Positions 25,513-37,852 of a stretch of 64,000 nucleotides of DNA are shown here, in pieces. Position 1 is the stretch's first letter, and every line of letters begins with the position of its first letter. Origin of the DNA: Somniosus microcephalus. Lineage: Eukaryota. Made by a program: the position numbers and the translations under genes. The DNA lies in assembly GCA_052327205.1 (NCBI GenBank), contig CM126212.1:201252001-201316000 (forward strand). Reading direction: 5' to 3'. Below the pieces are notes generated by a model, which was given only the letters and a program-made list of their open reading frames with translations, made no database searches and was not told where the DNA came from.

Positions 25513-25734
25513 ACTGTCTTTGGACTCTGCAAATGACCGTCTCTAACCAGCCACTAGAGGATGCAGGAGAGCAATCCCGATTTCCTTACCTTCAAGTTTT
25601 AACTGCTCCACTATGAATAAGAACCAGCAGACCCCTCCTACGGGCACAGCTGAGAAAGGAAACTTATCATGGATGGATTGTGGGTGCAAACCCAAACCTT
25701 ATTTTTTTCTTAATTTTCCCCACAAAATTATTGG

Positions 25735-25848
25735 GCACATATTGTGCGCTAATTTTTTTTGCGCGCGGTCCCTTTAAATTTGCTGCGTGGTATCTTCCAG
25801 CGGCAGGTGAACGATTGGTGCGCGTCCACGCGCCTTAGGGGGAACATT
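25735..25848. mobile_element. Partial hAT-like MITE related to 48662-48811
   Basis: Shares gcgcggtccctttaaattt and the terminal gggaacatt. Confidence 0.55.
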
Positions 25849-25934
25849 ATACATATTGTACTCAGCAAGGTGAAGGCATATCAGTGTTGGGCAGTGGAAC
25901 ACTTTTTTAAATTACTTCTGCCACCTAGTGTCTG

Positions 25935-26280
25935 CATCAAGCACTTCTAGTTCAGGTTTTACCATATCCAGCTGCAGAGTGAAACTCCCGCTATTCTGCT
26001 CCAACAATTGGACACAGCCCCAACCTCGGCTGAGCTGTCTTTTTTTACTTCGCCTACCAGCCATCCTTATGAATGAGATTGCCAATTTGTGTTATTTAGT
26101 TCCAAATATAAACAGTTTTGTACTGTGGGCTCCGAACCACCAGCAACTGGGTTGTGATTACATACCCATTCCACAAAAGACCTTTACAGCCAGCAGAGAA
26201 GAGGAAATTTTCATTCCATTAGTGGAGGCTGGATTCATCCCAAAGGGTAGTGTGCTAACCTACTATGCTGTGTAGCCTCC
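25935..26280 (-). mobile_element. LF-SINE-like ancient SINE
   Basis: Minus strand has a tRNA-like head then gaatccagcc...ctggctgtaaagg...cccagttgctggtgg...cccacagtacaaaac...ttggaactaaat...ttggcaatctca, collinear with my recollection of the LF-SINE consensus. Confidence 0.5.
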
Positions 26281-26328
26281 TTAAACTCATCCCATTACAA
26301 TCTAGTTTAATGCTAAACATGCAATCAT

Positions 26329-26738
26329 CATGGCTCAATGATAGGACTCCCTCCATTGAGTCAGAAGGTTATGGGTTCAGACCCCATTATTGCCTTGAGC
26401 ACTTAATCTGCATTTCAGTGCTGCTTTGTTGGAGGTGTGCTGTCTTTTGGAAATGTTAAATGGAGAACCTGCCTGCTCTGCAGAATACAAAACATTCCAT
26501 AGCACTATTTGTCCTTGTGTTTTGATCAATATTTATCCCCCAACTAATGCCACCAAAAGCAGATTAACTGGTCATTTATCTCATTTCCTGCTTGCAGGAC
26601 TTTTCTGTGTGCACATTGGTTGCTGTGCTTTTTTACTTACCAACAGTGACTACATTTCAAAAGTACTTCAGTGGCTGTGAAGTTCTTTTAAAATGGTGAC
26701 AATGTGGAAGGCCCCATATAAATGCAAGTCTTCCTTTC
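26329..26738 (+). mobile_element. DeuSINE/SacSINE1-like SINE, degraded
   Basis: A box tggctcaatg, B box ggttcagacc, tail catataaatgcaagtcttcc. Confidence 0.7.
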
Positions 26739-27239
26739 AATCATTTTGATTACATTTTCAGGTTCCCATTGATACAATAAAAATAATGAGTTATATTGAT
26801 TCTGCTTGTTAATGAACAAAAACAGTGATGGATACAGGGATTGCTGATTTAAAATTAAACATTACCACATTTGCGATGCAAGTGGAAGAAGAAAGGATGC
26901 AGAAAGTTGGAAAGCAGCAGGAAATTTTGGCTGCCCTCTGCAGGCCTATACAACTCTACCTGCAGCTTGGTAGATTAACATCTAAATGCAGTGCATTTTG
27001 TTTTTGAAGTGGCTCAGAGAGGAGATGAGGCTTACCAAAAATAAATTGTGTGACACCAGCTACCTAAAAATAGCATTTCAATTGGGCAATATCGCAAAGT
27101 TAATTGGAGAAATTGCTCTGAAAGACCTAATTTCTTCCAAAACAAATGAGCTGGTTCTGCAAACTGCAGAGGAACACGATGCCTGGAGGTCAGAGTGCTC
27201 TATTTTAAGCATACGTTCAGCTGAGGCTCTGGATGAGAA

Positions 27240-27612
27240 CATCTATAGAAACTTTTAAAATTCTGTCAGGACTAGACAGATTAGATGCAGGAAGGATGTT
27301 CCCGATGGCCGGGGAGTCCAGAACCAGGGGTCACAGCCTAAGGATAAGGGGTAAGCCATTTAGGACTGAGATGAGGAGGAATTTCTTCACCCAGAGAGTG
27401 GGGAACCTGTGGAATTCTCTGCCACAGAGGGCAGTGGAGGCCAGTTCATTAAATATATTCAAGAAGGAGTTGGATATATTTCTTAAGGCTAAAGGGATCA
27501 AGGGATATGGGGAGAAGGCAGGGACAGGGTACTGAATTTGGATGATCAGCCATGATCTCATTGAATGGCGGAGCAGGCTCGAGGGGCCGAATGGCCTACT
27601 CCTGATCCTATC
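27240..27612 (+). mobile_element. CR1 LINE 3' end
   Basis: ETFKILSGLDRLDAGRMFP...RRNFFTQRVGNLWNSLP and tail gatcagccatgatctcattgaatggcggagcaggctcgagggg. Confidence 0.9.
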
Positions 27613-28243
27613 TTCTCTGAAAAATATACAATTGAACTTTTTCAAGCCAATGAAAAGGAGAAAGATGTTGGTGTACATGACACTTTCCAAATGTTAGTTC
27701 ACCTGGGTAAAAGCATCATGTGAAAAGGACTGTTTCCTCATTTAGAAAGTGCTAATGTGACTTACCTTTAAAAACAAAATGCTGTATGCAGATATTCCTA
27801 AAATTATACCGTGTTTTCCTTGTGTGTGCTTTCTTTTTTTTTAAAAAAAAACATTGCCTCAATGTTACTTTTGTAAAATAATGCTATTTTTTTTGACTGA
27901 GAAAAGATGTATGTTATTGACCTGAACATTTTGAGGCTTGGATTTATATGAAATGTACACCTCTTGAAAATAAGTTTATCATGGTTTAAACATGAAATCA
28001 GGCCTAGTTTATTTCACAGAACGGCATGTTTCCAGGGCTCAATGTTCCTCTTGTTAAAACAACCGAATATCAAAATAGGTCCCATTTAAGTTCCTTCTGT
28101 ACAAAAGATAAACCAAACCACAAAGCTTCACAGTTACCAGAGTGAAAAATTCTTCTGGTGCTGTTCTACTCTATAGAAGGGGCATAGATGTGCATGTCAC
28201 AGCCAATGAATAGGCTGCATATACTTACACAAAATTGCAAACT

Positions 28244-28480
28244 ACCATACACTAAAAAATCCAAGCCCCAATATACAAAACACTAGACCGTTCCCCATAC
28301 AGAAAAAATAAATCCACAGCCCACCATACACAATGTCACACCCTCCATACACAAAAATAGACACCAAGCCCCCATATGCAAAAATCCGAATTCCAATACA
28401 CAAATATCCAAGACCACCATACAGAAAAGTCTGAACCCCATACACTAAAATGTAAGACCCAAAACAAAACTATCCAAGCT
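28244..28480. repeat. Degenerate minisatellite, ~20-24 bp unit like ccccatacacaaaaatccaag
   Basis: ccatac/aaaa/ccaag motifs recur about ten times. Confidence 0.7.
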
Positions 28481-29149
28481 CTAGCCACAAAGATTCAAGT
28501 TTCCCTCAAAGCTTGATAACTTAGAGGCTTCAGTTTTAGCTCTTTAAATTTCCTGGGCCGAGAAGAATGGTAAAGGCTGAGTACAATAAAAGCGGTATCC
28601 AGATTGATGTAAACCTATCAAGTAGGGAGCACTCTTTTCCAGTCCTCCAGTCCCAGGAAGTTTAAAATGCTAAAATTGAGCAGATATCAAAATTGGCTTT
28701 GTGCACAAGCACACACAAATGAAAGAAACCATCAGGGGCTTCTTGGGCCGGTTAAAAGAGTAGTGGGCCATGTCTTGGACACTCCTCTCTATATGGCTAT
28801 GAATGGATGGAAACATTTAGTCTTGTAGAATGCCATCTAATCTAATAAAAGTGACCTGTATGATATATTTGTAAATTATTCACTTTTGGCATCCACACCT
28901 AAACTGGCATGGCTATTATTCATTCCGTGCTGTTGGATACACTTCATGGGACGCTTAAACATTGTACAACTCATGCTTTATTGATGGATGCAGCTTTTTA
29001 AACAACCAAGTTGTGCAAATAACACTTCAAACATGCATCTATTCTTTTCCAACAACAACTTGCATTTATATAATGCCTCAAAAAAACTCTCGACCCCTCT
29101 GTTCCTGCAAACTACCACCCCAACTCCATCCTCCCTTTCCTCTCCTTGC

Positions 29150-29570
29150 TCCTTCCTCTCCAAGCCCTTGAACATATTTTCTCAAAAATCCATGCCCATC
29201 TTGCCCACAGCTGCATGTTTCAATCTCTTCACTCAGGTTTCTGCCCTTGCTGGAGCACTGAAACGGTCCTTATCAAAGTCACATGACATCCTCTGTGACT
29301 GACTGGTGCACTATCCCTCGTCCTTTTCAACCCCTACAGCATTTGACACGATCAACCAGGCCATCCTCCTCCAATTCTTGCCCTCCATTGTTCAGCTGAG
29401 TGGGGCTGCCATCGCTTGGTTCCATGCTTGCCTAGCCAATCATATTCAGCAATGGCTTCTCTTCCCACCCCTGCACCGTTATCTCTGGAGTGGCCCAAGG
29501 AACTATCCTTGGCCCCTCCTCTTCCTCATCTACATGCTGTCCCTTGACTGCATCATTCGTAGACATAGAT
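29150..29570 (+). mobile_element. L2 RT fragment
   Basis: gcactgaaacggtccttatcaaagtc (STETxLxKV), AFDTINQAILL and PLLFLIYML. Confidence 0.7.
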
Positions 29571-29859
29571 GCAGAAGTAGCATGATGACTGGAGAGCCAA
29601 AGGCTAGACAGTGGAAGTTTGAAAGTACAGATGCAGAAGGAAGTGGGGTTGGAAGGGTGCAAGGGGTTGAGGGATACAGGAAGTAATGAGAGATGGCCTT
29701 ACCTTTGATTAAGATAATGGGAATACAGAGGCCTGAACTGGTAAGATCAAAGATTGGCTGTGAATATCCATAATTTGGGGTTTTTTTATGCTTTGCAGAA
29801 TTAACCATTCATATACTGTGACTAAACTTGTAGCGTTTGTTTGAAACTAGCTTCTATAT

Positions 29860-31040
29860 TATAGAATTATAGAAATTTAAGTACAGAAGGAAACTATTTA
29901 TGTCAGCATCAGTGCTAACTCCATAGCAGACTTGTGTACTGTAATTTCTTTATCCTTTTTATATTTTTCTAAATATTTATCGAATTCCATCTTAAATGTT
30001 GTAATTGACAGCTTCAAAGTAGTTATGGCAATCCATCCATATTCTAATAGTCCCTTTGTGAAAATAATTCTTCTAGCCTCCCTATTATGCTTCTAATTAT
30101 TGCACCACTTGTTACTAACTCACAGACTAATGGAAATGATCTTTCACCATTTATCCTCTCAAGTCCTTTCATAACTTTTGAACACTTCTATTCGATCCTC
30201 CTGTAAGCTTCTTTGTTCTAATGAATACGGCATTAACTTTACAAATCTCTCGTAAGTATCAGAATCATAGAAACTTGCAGCACAGAATGAGGCCATTCGG
30301 CCCGTCGTGCCTGTGCTGGCTCTTTGAAAGAGCAGTCGAGCTCAGTCCCACATCCCCACTTATTGTCTGTAACCCTGTAAGTTCCTCATCCTCAAGTACC
30401 TGCCCAACCCTTTTTAAAATTATTTATGGAATCAGCTTCCACCACCTTTTCAGGTCGAGTGTTCCAGATCTCGATAACTCTGAGTGAAAAAAATTCTCCT
30501 CCTTTCCCCTCTAGATCTTCTGCCAATTATTTTAAATCTATGACCTCTGGTTATTGACCCACTCACCAAAGGAATCATTTTTCTCTACCTATTCTATCAA
30601 AACCTCTCATCATCTTGATAACCTCCATTAGGTCACCTCTTAACTTTCTCTGTTCCAAGGAAAACAGTCCTAACTTTTCCAACCTCATAACTGAAGTCCC
30701 TCATCACTGGTAACATCCTGGTAAACTTCCTCTACCCTTTCTACATCTTTCCTGAAGTGTGGTGCCCAGAATTGTCCACAATACTCCAGCTGAGGCCTAA
30801 CCAGTGATTTATAAAGTTCGAGCATGATCTCTGCTTTTATATTTTATGCCGCTAATTATAAATCCAAGTAACACATATGCATTTTTTAACCACCTCATCA
30901 ACTTGCTGTGTCACCTTTAAGGATTTGTAACTATATCTTCTCATCTCTGCTGTCATCCTAATTAATCTAAGATGCATCTTTGCTATGGCTTTCCATAATG
31001 GGGTACCCAAAACTGCACAGTACTCCAACTGTGGCCTAAC
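29860..31040 (-). mobile_element. Stacked CR1 3' fragments
   Basis: Reverse-strand CR1 tails at ~29865 and ~30265; VRPQLEYCA-type motifs. Confidence 0.7.
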
Positions 31041-31154
31041 GAAAGTCTCAGATTCATCACTACCTCCTTCAATTGTATTCCAGGCCACTATATCTGGGCA
31101 GATTAATGCACAAGCCCCAGCCAAATATGTGAACGCCGGTACAGCTCACCATAA

Positions 31155-31378
31155 TGTAAATCTTTGGAATTCTCTGCCCCAGAGGGCTGTGAATGCTGAG
31201 TCTTTGAGTATATTCAAGGCTGAGATTGATAGATTTTTGGACTCTAAGGGAATCAAGGGATATGGAGATCGGGCAGGAAAGTGGAGTTGAGGTCGATGAT
31301 CAGCCATGATCTTATTGAATGGCGGAGCAGGCTCGAGGGGCCGTATGGCCTACTCCTGCTCTTACTTCTTATGTTCTT
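31155..31378 (+). mobile_element. CR1 3' end
   Basis: NLWNSLPQRAVNAESLSIFKAEIDRFLDSKGIKGYG and the same tail as 27240-27612. Confidence 0.85.
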
Positions 31379-32290
31379 AAATGAAGTACACAATACCGCT
31401 GGATCAGTTTCATTTAAGTGTAAGATATTGTGATATAATTTGCTTTATAATTTATGCAGTGTGCCTATAATCTTCATCCATTCTACTGCTTAAAGCAGAA
31501 AAGTCACCCGGTCTGGATGGGATGCATCCTAGGTTACTGAGGGAAGTGAGGGTGGAAATTGCAGAGGCTCTGGCCACAATCTTCCAATCCTCCTTAGATG
31601 TGGGGGTAGTGCCAGGGGACTGGAGGATTGCAAATGTTACACCCCTCTTCAAAAAAGGGGAGCATAATAAACCCGGCAACTACAGGCCAGTCACCTTAAT
31701 GTCGGTGGTGGGGAAACTTTTAGAGACAGTAAGCCGGGTCAAAATTAATTGATGAAAGTCAGCATGGATTTGTTAAAGGCAAATCGTGTTTGACTAACTT
31801 AAAAAATTGAGTTCTTTGATGAAGTAACGGAGAGGATTGATTAGGGTAATGTGGTTGATGTTCAAAAGTGTTTGACAAAGTACCACAATAGACTTGTAAG
31901 TAAAATTAAAACCCATGGGATTAAAGGGACAGTGGCAGCATGGATACAAAATTGGTTAAGGGACAGAAAGCAGAGAGTAGTGAAGAGTTGTTTTCAGACT
32001 GGAAGGAAGTATACAACGCTGTTCCCCAGGGGTCGGTATTAGGACCACTGCTCTTTTTGATATACATTGATGACCTGGACTTGGGTATACAGGGCATAAT
32101 TTCAAAGTTTGCAGATGAAACAAAACTCTGAAATGTGACAATAAATGAGGAGGATAGTAACAGACTTCAGTATGACATAGACAGTCTGATGAAATAGGCA
32201 GACACGTGGCAGATAAAATTCAACGCAGAGATGTGTGAAATGATTCATTTGGTAGGAAGAATGAGAAGAGGCAATATAAACTAAATGGTA

Positions 32291-32814
32291 CAGGAAACAC
32301 CGACGGGACCAGGATGGTGTCGGTTGATCAAAAATTCTGGATGACGGAGAGGGTTATCTACCGAGGCTATTTTTAACAAAGAAAAATTTTAAAAATAAAG
32401 AAATGTGCAGTATACAGTAATTGGGTACTCACCTACAGAATGTTGTGTTAAATGGATGGTGGAAGATGCTTGATTAAGAACAGTCCTGCCAGTTGAGGGT
32501 AATGCAATGCAATGACTACCAGCAGCATGGGAGACACAGTACCCCTGTAAAATGGCGGATCAGAAGAGACTACCGGCAGCGCGGGAGAGTCAGACTCCTG
32601 TTACAGGGGTTTTGAGGTGTTCCGACTTCCGACCGCGCCAAGAAGCCGAGTAGTGGCAGTTTGGAGAACTACCCCCACTGACTAACTCGGCCACCGCGGG
32701 AGACTCGGACTCGGCAACATTGCCGGTTATTGAGGTGTTGTTTGCGGAGTGAGAATTTTGCCGGTTAACAGAGAATTCCGGATATTTAGGTGCCATTTAA
32801 ACGAGAGTTTCCTG
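32291..32814. mobile_element. Tc1/mariner (pogo/Tigger-like) non-autonomous element
   Basis: TA|CAGGAAAC...GAGTTTCCTG|TA; removing it and one TA restores the CR1 sequence aaatggtacaattt. Confidence 0.8.
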
Positions 32815-32949
32815 TACAATTTGAAAGGGGGTGCAGGAACAGAGAGACCTGGGTGTGTATGTACACAAATCTTTGAAGGTGGCAGGACAAGTTGGGAAGG
32901 CTGTTTAAAAAAAGCATGTGGGATCCTTGGCTTTATTAATAGAGCTATA

Positions 32950-33798
32950 GGGGTAGATTTTCATAAAGCTGTCGGGAAGGAGGCGGGACTACAACTTTCG
33001 GGTTTTAGTCCCGCCTACATCGACGTTCGGCCAATCCACACGATTTTCACTTGATTGACCTTGTTAAGCCCGCTGGGCGGGCTTAGCAGGCCAATTAAGG
33101 CCATCCGGCAACAGGTGACGTCACAGACTGAAATTTCATCTGTCAAGAGGTCTTGGCAGATGAAATATCAGTGTTTCACAGCTGTTTGAAGCTGTCAAAC
33201 ACTGACAGTCTGACTTCTAACCTGAGTCCTCTACACAGACTCAGTTAGAAGTCTCACCGGCAATGAAAGCTGAAGGCTGTCACTTTTGACAGCTCGCAGC
33301 CATTTTGCTTTCAGTGCCGGCTGAGTGATGGACTCCTGAAACCTAGAGGAAGAAAGGCTGTTAAGGTAAGTACAGGTAATTTAAACTTCTTTACACACTT
33401 TAGACACACCAAACACACTTACCTTTGCATTCATGCATCCATCACTCACCTGAACACCGACATCGCGACCCCTCCAAGTCCTTCAACCCGACGGCCCGCC
33501 TGCTCTAACCTGGCGTGGTTTGGAGCCGTTGGGAATCCCACACGACACCCTTCAAAATAGGGATTAGACTAAAAACTGCCTGTTAACTACCTGTTAACAG
33601 GCAGTTAATTGGCACTAATCCCTTCCCGCCTTGGGTCGGCAGGTCCCAGTGCGGGGTGGGTACCCGACTCCCCTGAAACTTACGTGGAGGTGGGTTTTGG
33701 GCGGGATGGTGGCGGGACCCCCGATTTTGGGATTTTCACCCCCCCCCCCCCCCCCAACGCCTGAAAGCCCGCCTGACGGCTCCAGGAAAATCGACCCC
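32950..33798. mobile_element. PIF/Harbinger-like MITE (same family as 3199-4023)
   Basis: TIR GGGGTAGATTTTC / GAAAATCGACCCC; perfect TSD ATA; splits the CR1. Confidence 0.85.
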
Positions 33799-35099
33799 AT
33801 AGAGTTCAAAAGCAAGCAAGTTATGCTGAACCTTTATAAAACACTGGTTAGGCCTCAGCTGGGGTATTGTATTCAATTCTGGACACCACACTTTAGATTG
33901 GATGTAAAGGTGTTAGAGAGGGTACAGAAGAGATTTACTAGAATGGTACCAGGGGTGAGGGACTTCAGTTTTGTGGAGAGATTGTAGAAGCTGGGGTAGT
34001 TCTCCTTAGAGCAGAGAAGGTTAAGAGAAGATTTGATAGGGGTGTTCAAAATCATGAACAGTTTTGATGGAGTAAATAAGGAGAAACTGTTTCTAGCGGC
34101 CGAAGGGTCAGTAACCAGAGGACACAGATTTAAGGTGCTAGGCATAAGAACTAGAGGCGACATGAGGAAAAAAAATATGCAGCGAGTTGGGATCTGGAAT
34201 GTATTACCTGAAAAGGTGGTGGAAGCAGATACATTAGTAACTTTCAAAAGGGAGTTGGATAAATACTCGAAGGAAAAAACGTTTCAGGGCGACGGGGTCA
34301 GAGCTGGGGCATGGAACTAATCGGATAGCTCTTTCAAAGGCCCGGCGCAGCCACTTTGGGCTAAATGGCCTCCTGTGCTGTATCATTCTGTTTGTAGATC
34401 TGGGGGTGGTGAATCATCTTGTGGTCCATGGCAATCTTTCTGTTAAAGATCTGTGTGTTTAAACCCCTAGATCTCTGTTCCTTCGCTATTGGGAATTTTA
34501 CCTGGTTTATCCCAAAATGTACTACTTTACATTTATTTGCATTTGCTACATTTCTGCCCACCATCTATTCCGCCCAGGTCATCTTGCAATTTTTTAGTTT
34601 ACCATTTTGATACTTTCAACAAATTCTGATATTCTCTCTACACCCATATCCAAATGATATGTATAGGGGCAGACAAAGACAGTTACAGGAAGAGACAACT
34701 TTAATATTTTTAGCCATGAGTACCACAATAAATCAACTAGTTAATTTAAAAAAAGGAAAAAAATGCACAGCAATGGAAGCCTTAATGATGCTATAGTTTC
34801 TGAAAGATGGGTGGTAGCAGTTAAGATTCCTTTCGAGTGTTGCAAAAAAAATAGAACAGAATAGATGCATGAAATCCAAAACTAAAACACAAGGATTGTT
34901 CTTAAAAAAAAATCATTGGTCAGAAATGTACAACTCACAAGTAGGTGCATTAATACTGTTTCACAATTCGTCTGCACCTTCTGTCGATGCATTTAATAAA
35001 AGGCAGTTATTGGAAGAAGGAGGCAATATTTTTGTGCACAATAATGGAATCCTTAATGATGCTATAGGTTCTGAAATGTGGGTTTTGTGGGGGGGTGAG

Positions 35100-35900
35100 T
35101 GTCACGACATAATTGTTTGCCGAGCCCGACAGGTTGGCACAGCAGGCAGACAGGCCAGTGCAGGGGCTGGGCTGCAGCCGCGGCACGGTGTTCCCTACGT
35201 CACGTGCGGCGCGCGGAGAGCTCCACAGACACACTGGGACTCGAAACTGAGGCTGGCATCCGGGGACTGGAGAGCCCGGGTTACCGCGGCCGAGTGCGAG
35301 CGGCGGCGGGAGGAGGAGGAGGTAAGTCTCACCGTCCTGGCTGCAGTCAGAGCGGGCCAGAGATACTGGTAAAACAGACCGGGTCTCATTTGAAGAAAAA
35401 AAAGCGGGATTTTTTCGTCCTAATGTTGAAGGGGACAGATTTGAAAATAAACCCCCCAAATTTATATTTTCTAGCTGCAAAACCCGCCATTTTTCTGTGA
35501 AGCGTAAAGTTTCTGCCGACTTTTAATCGCCGGGAGTGCGCGCCCGCCCGCATCTCTGTCAAATAGCCGCTTGAAAATGTAATGGTCGGGGGGCTGGGTA
35601 TTGTGGAAGGGAAGCCGTGCTGGCTCTCCTCTCTCGGCTTGGCGCTGATGCCGGCTTTCACCGCACGGCCACTCACGCTGACGGCCCTGAACTCACGTGT
35701 AACTTAAACTGACAGCGGAGGTCCCGCCCCCTCTCCGCTCTGATTGGTGGCTTCACCCCCGGGTGACCTCTGCTCCCCGAGCTTTGCCTTCACGCCGCTT
35801 TTTGATTTGTTGGGCGGCCTCTGTCAATGACTCGGCGCTTCCGCCCTTGGGTTCGGTTGGAGCGAAGACCTTGGCCTTGGGCAGTGCTTTGCCGTTTTGG
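35100..35900 (+). promoter_or_regulatory. CpG island promoter
   Basis: Only extended CpG-rich region not explained by a repeat; E-boxes CACGTG at 35201 and 35694, YY1-type CCGCCATTTT at 35484, GC box at 35723, inverted CCAAT at 35743. Confidence 0.85.
35207..35321 (+). ncRNA. Putative non-coding first exon (start approximate) of a downstream transcript, possibly the let-7 cluster host gene
   Basis: No ATG; consensus donor GAG|GTAAGT at 35321/35322 inside the CpG island; host-gene identity inferred from synteny only. Confidence 0.5.
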
Positions 35901-36384
35901 GGTAGCGATAAATGGAATTGTCTTTTGATTTTAAAAGAGAAAAATAAAGAGCAAAACGATCTGATTTAAAAAAGTGCTCACACACCGAATGGAATAGGTA
36001 GCTGCTTTATAATTACAAACCCGGTAAGACTAAAAAAAAGTTGCTAATGCACCATTTACAAGGTTATTGACTATAGTGAGTGGTGGACTCGGTGAGACCC
36101 GACAAAATACTGTGTCTTAACCGAATGGACATGCGTAATTTTCAAATACTTAACATGAATTGTTGGAGCAAGTGGGTGCAGGTCACCCTGCAAGATTAAA
36201 TTCGTTGCTCTTCGGTATTACTCCATTATTAGGAAGAAATATGAATTGGATGAGGCAATGCTTAGGCTATGCCAAATGGAAGGTTTGAAGATGATAGTGG
36301 ATGGGAAAATACATCATATAAAATTAATTGAGTTTTCAAATCAATAGGATTGACCAATAGCTCAAGGCTAACATTTCAGAAGAA

Positions 36385-36780
36385 AAGAAAGATATAGCGC
36401 CTTTCATGACCATTCCACGTCTCAAAGCGCTTTACAGCCAATTTTTTGAAGTGTAGTCACTTGTAATTTAGGAAATGTGGCAGCCAGTTTGCACACAGCA
36501 AGCAGCAATGTGATAATGACCAGATCATTTTTTTAGTGATGTTGATTGAGGGATAAATATTGGCCAGGGTACCAGGGATAACTCCCATGGGATCTTTTAC
36601 GTCCACCTGAGAGCAGTTGGGGCCTGGGTTTAACATCTCATCCGAAAGGCAGTGCAGCACTCCCTCAGTACTGCACTGGAGTGTCGACCTAGATTTTGTG
36701 CTCAAGTTTTTGGAGTGGGACTCGAACCCAGAATCTTCTGACTCAGGCGAGGATGTGACCACCTGAGCCACGGCTGACAC
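36385..36780 (-). mobile_element. DeuSINE/SacSINE1-like SINE, near full length
   Basis: Minus strand gtgtcagccgtggctcag (A box), gggttcgagtccc (B box), Deu-like core. Confidence 0.8.
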
Positions 36781-37092
36781 GTTTTAGAAAAAAAGGCATT
36801 CTAAATTGAAGCCTTTTGGGTGCACATGGCCCTCAATTTTACTGCATTGGTGTGAAGCCATTTTTCATGTGCCACTGAGATAAAGTGTGCAGTGTAACTA
36901 GAATTCAGTTGTTTGGTATCTTGTATCATGTACAAGACCATCTAGAAGAGGTGCAAATTGCCTATTCTATAACTACAGTTGACACAGCATTGGTACAAAA
37001 CCACTCCACAAGCCTGGGTGTAACATTTTGATATAAACTGATGAGTGCCCAGCAAACCAATCCAAATGGCAGCAGTTGTTATCCATGCTCTA

Positions 37093-37294
37093 TTTTTATT
37101 TATTCATTCATGGGATGTGGGCATCGCTGGCAAGGCCAGCATTTATTGCCCATCCCTAATCGCCCTTGAGCAATTGCTGCAGTCCATGTGGTGAAGGTAC
37201 TCCCACAGTGCTGTTAGGTAAGGAGTTCAATTAGGTAGGATTTTGACCCAGGAACGGCGATATATTTGCAAGTCAGCATGGTGTGTGACTTGGA
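37093..37294 (-). mobile_element. 3' fragment of the same LINE family as 37853-41140
   Basis: ttcatgggatgtgggcatcgctggcaaggccagcatttattgcccatccctaa is the reverse complement of that LINE's tail. Confidence 0.8.
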
Positions 37295-37852
37295 TGAAGT
37301 TGTAATGGTTCACAAAGGCAGATTGACTGGTGACAGTTATGTCAAGGAACATAGTTAACAGTTAATGCTGTTAATGAATTGTAATTAGATTAGCCAAGTA
37401 GATAAAACAATAAGGCAGAGAAGAAAGTTAAGTGTGCAGGGGGGGGGAGAGGGTGTGTTTTCCTGAGACAAAATGCTTTTGCAGGTGCCTTAGGATGTTT
37501 TTATTGCATTAAAGGTGCTATATAGATGCAAGTTGTTGCATTCGAGCATGTAACTTGTCTTCATAGTGCTGGGCCTCTGACAGAGGTCAGTGAGCATATC
37601 ACAAGATGATAAATAAGCCAATATGAGAATGGAGTGATATACAAGAGTACAACAAAGCAACAGACTAGAATCAGCTTCTTTTTTTAGATATGAATAGATT
37701 TAAAGATTTTTGTTTCGTTCATTAAGTTCTTCCAGGTTTAGTTTCCAGAAGTCTGCTTACTGATTCGAGTGCTTGAGCTTTCCTCCTTTGGTAAGCACTT
37801 GCTATAACAACAAAGCACAATTCATAAGTAGGCGTAGAATGTTTATTATACT

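Larger units (their letters stand above)
31495..34390 (+). mobile_element. CR1 LINE RT region, fragmented, hosting two nested MITEs
   Basis: [49 protein letters not shown] and LYKTLVRPQL in collinear order up to the 3' tail. Confidence 0.9.

Noticed and set aside
34869-35676. Overlapping 96-167 aa ORFs on both strands
   Set aside because: These are expected from stop-codon scarcity in a CpG island and show no recognisable domain.
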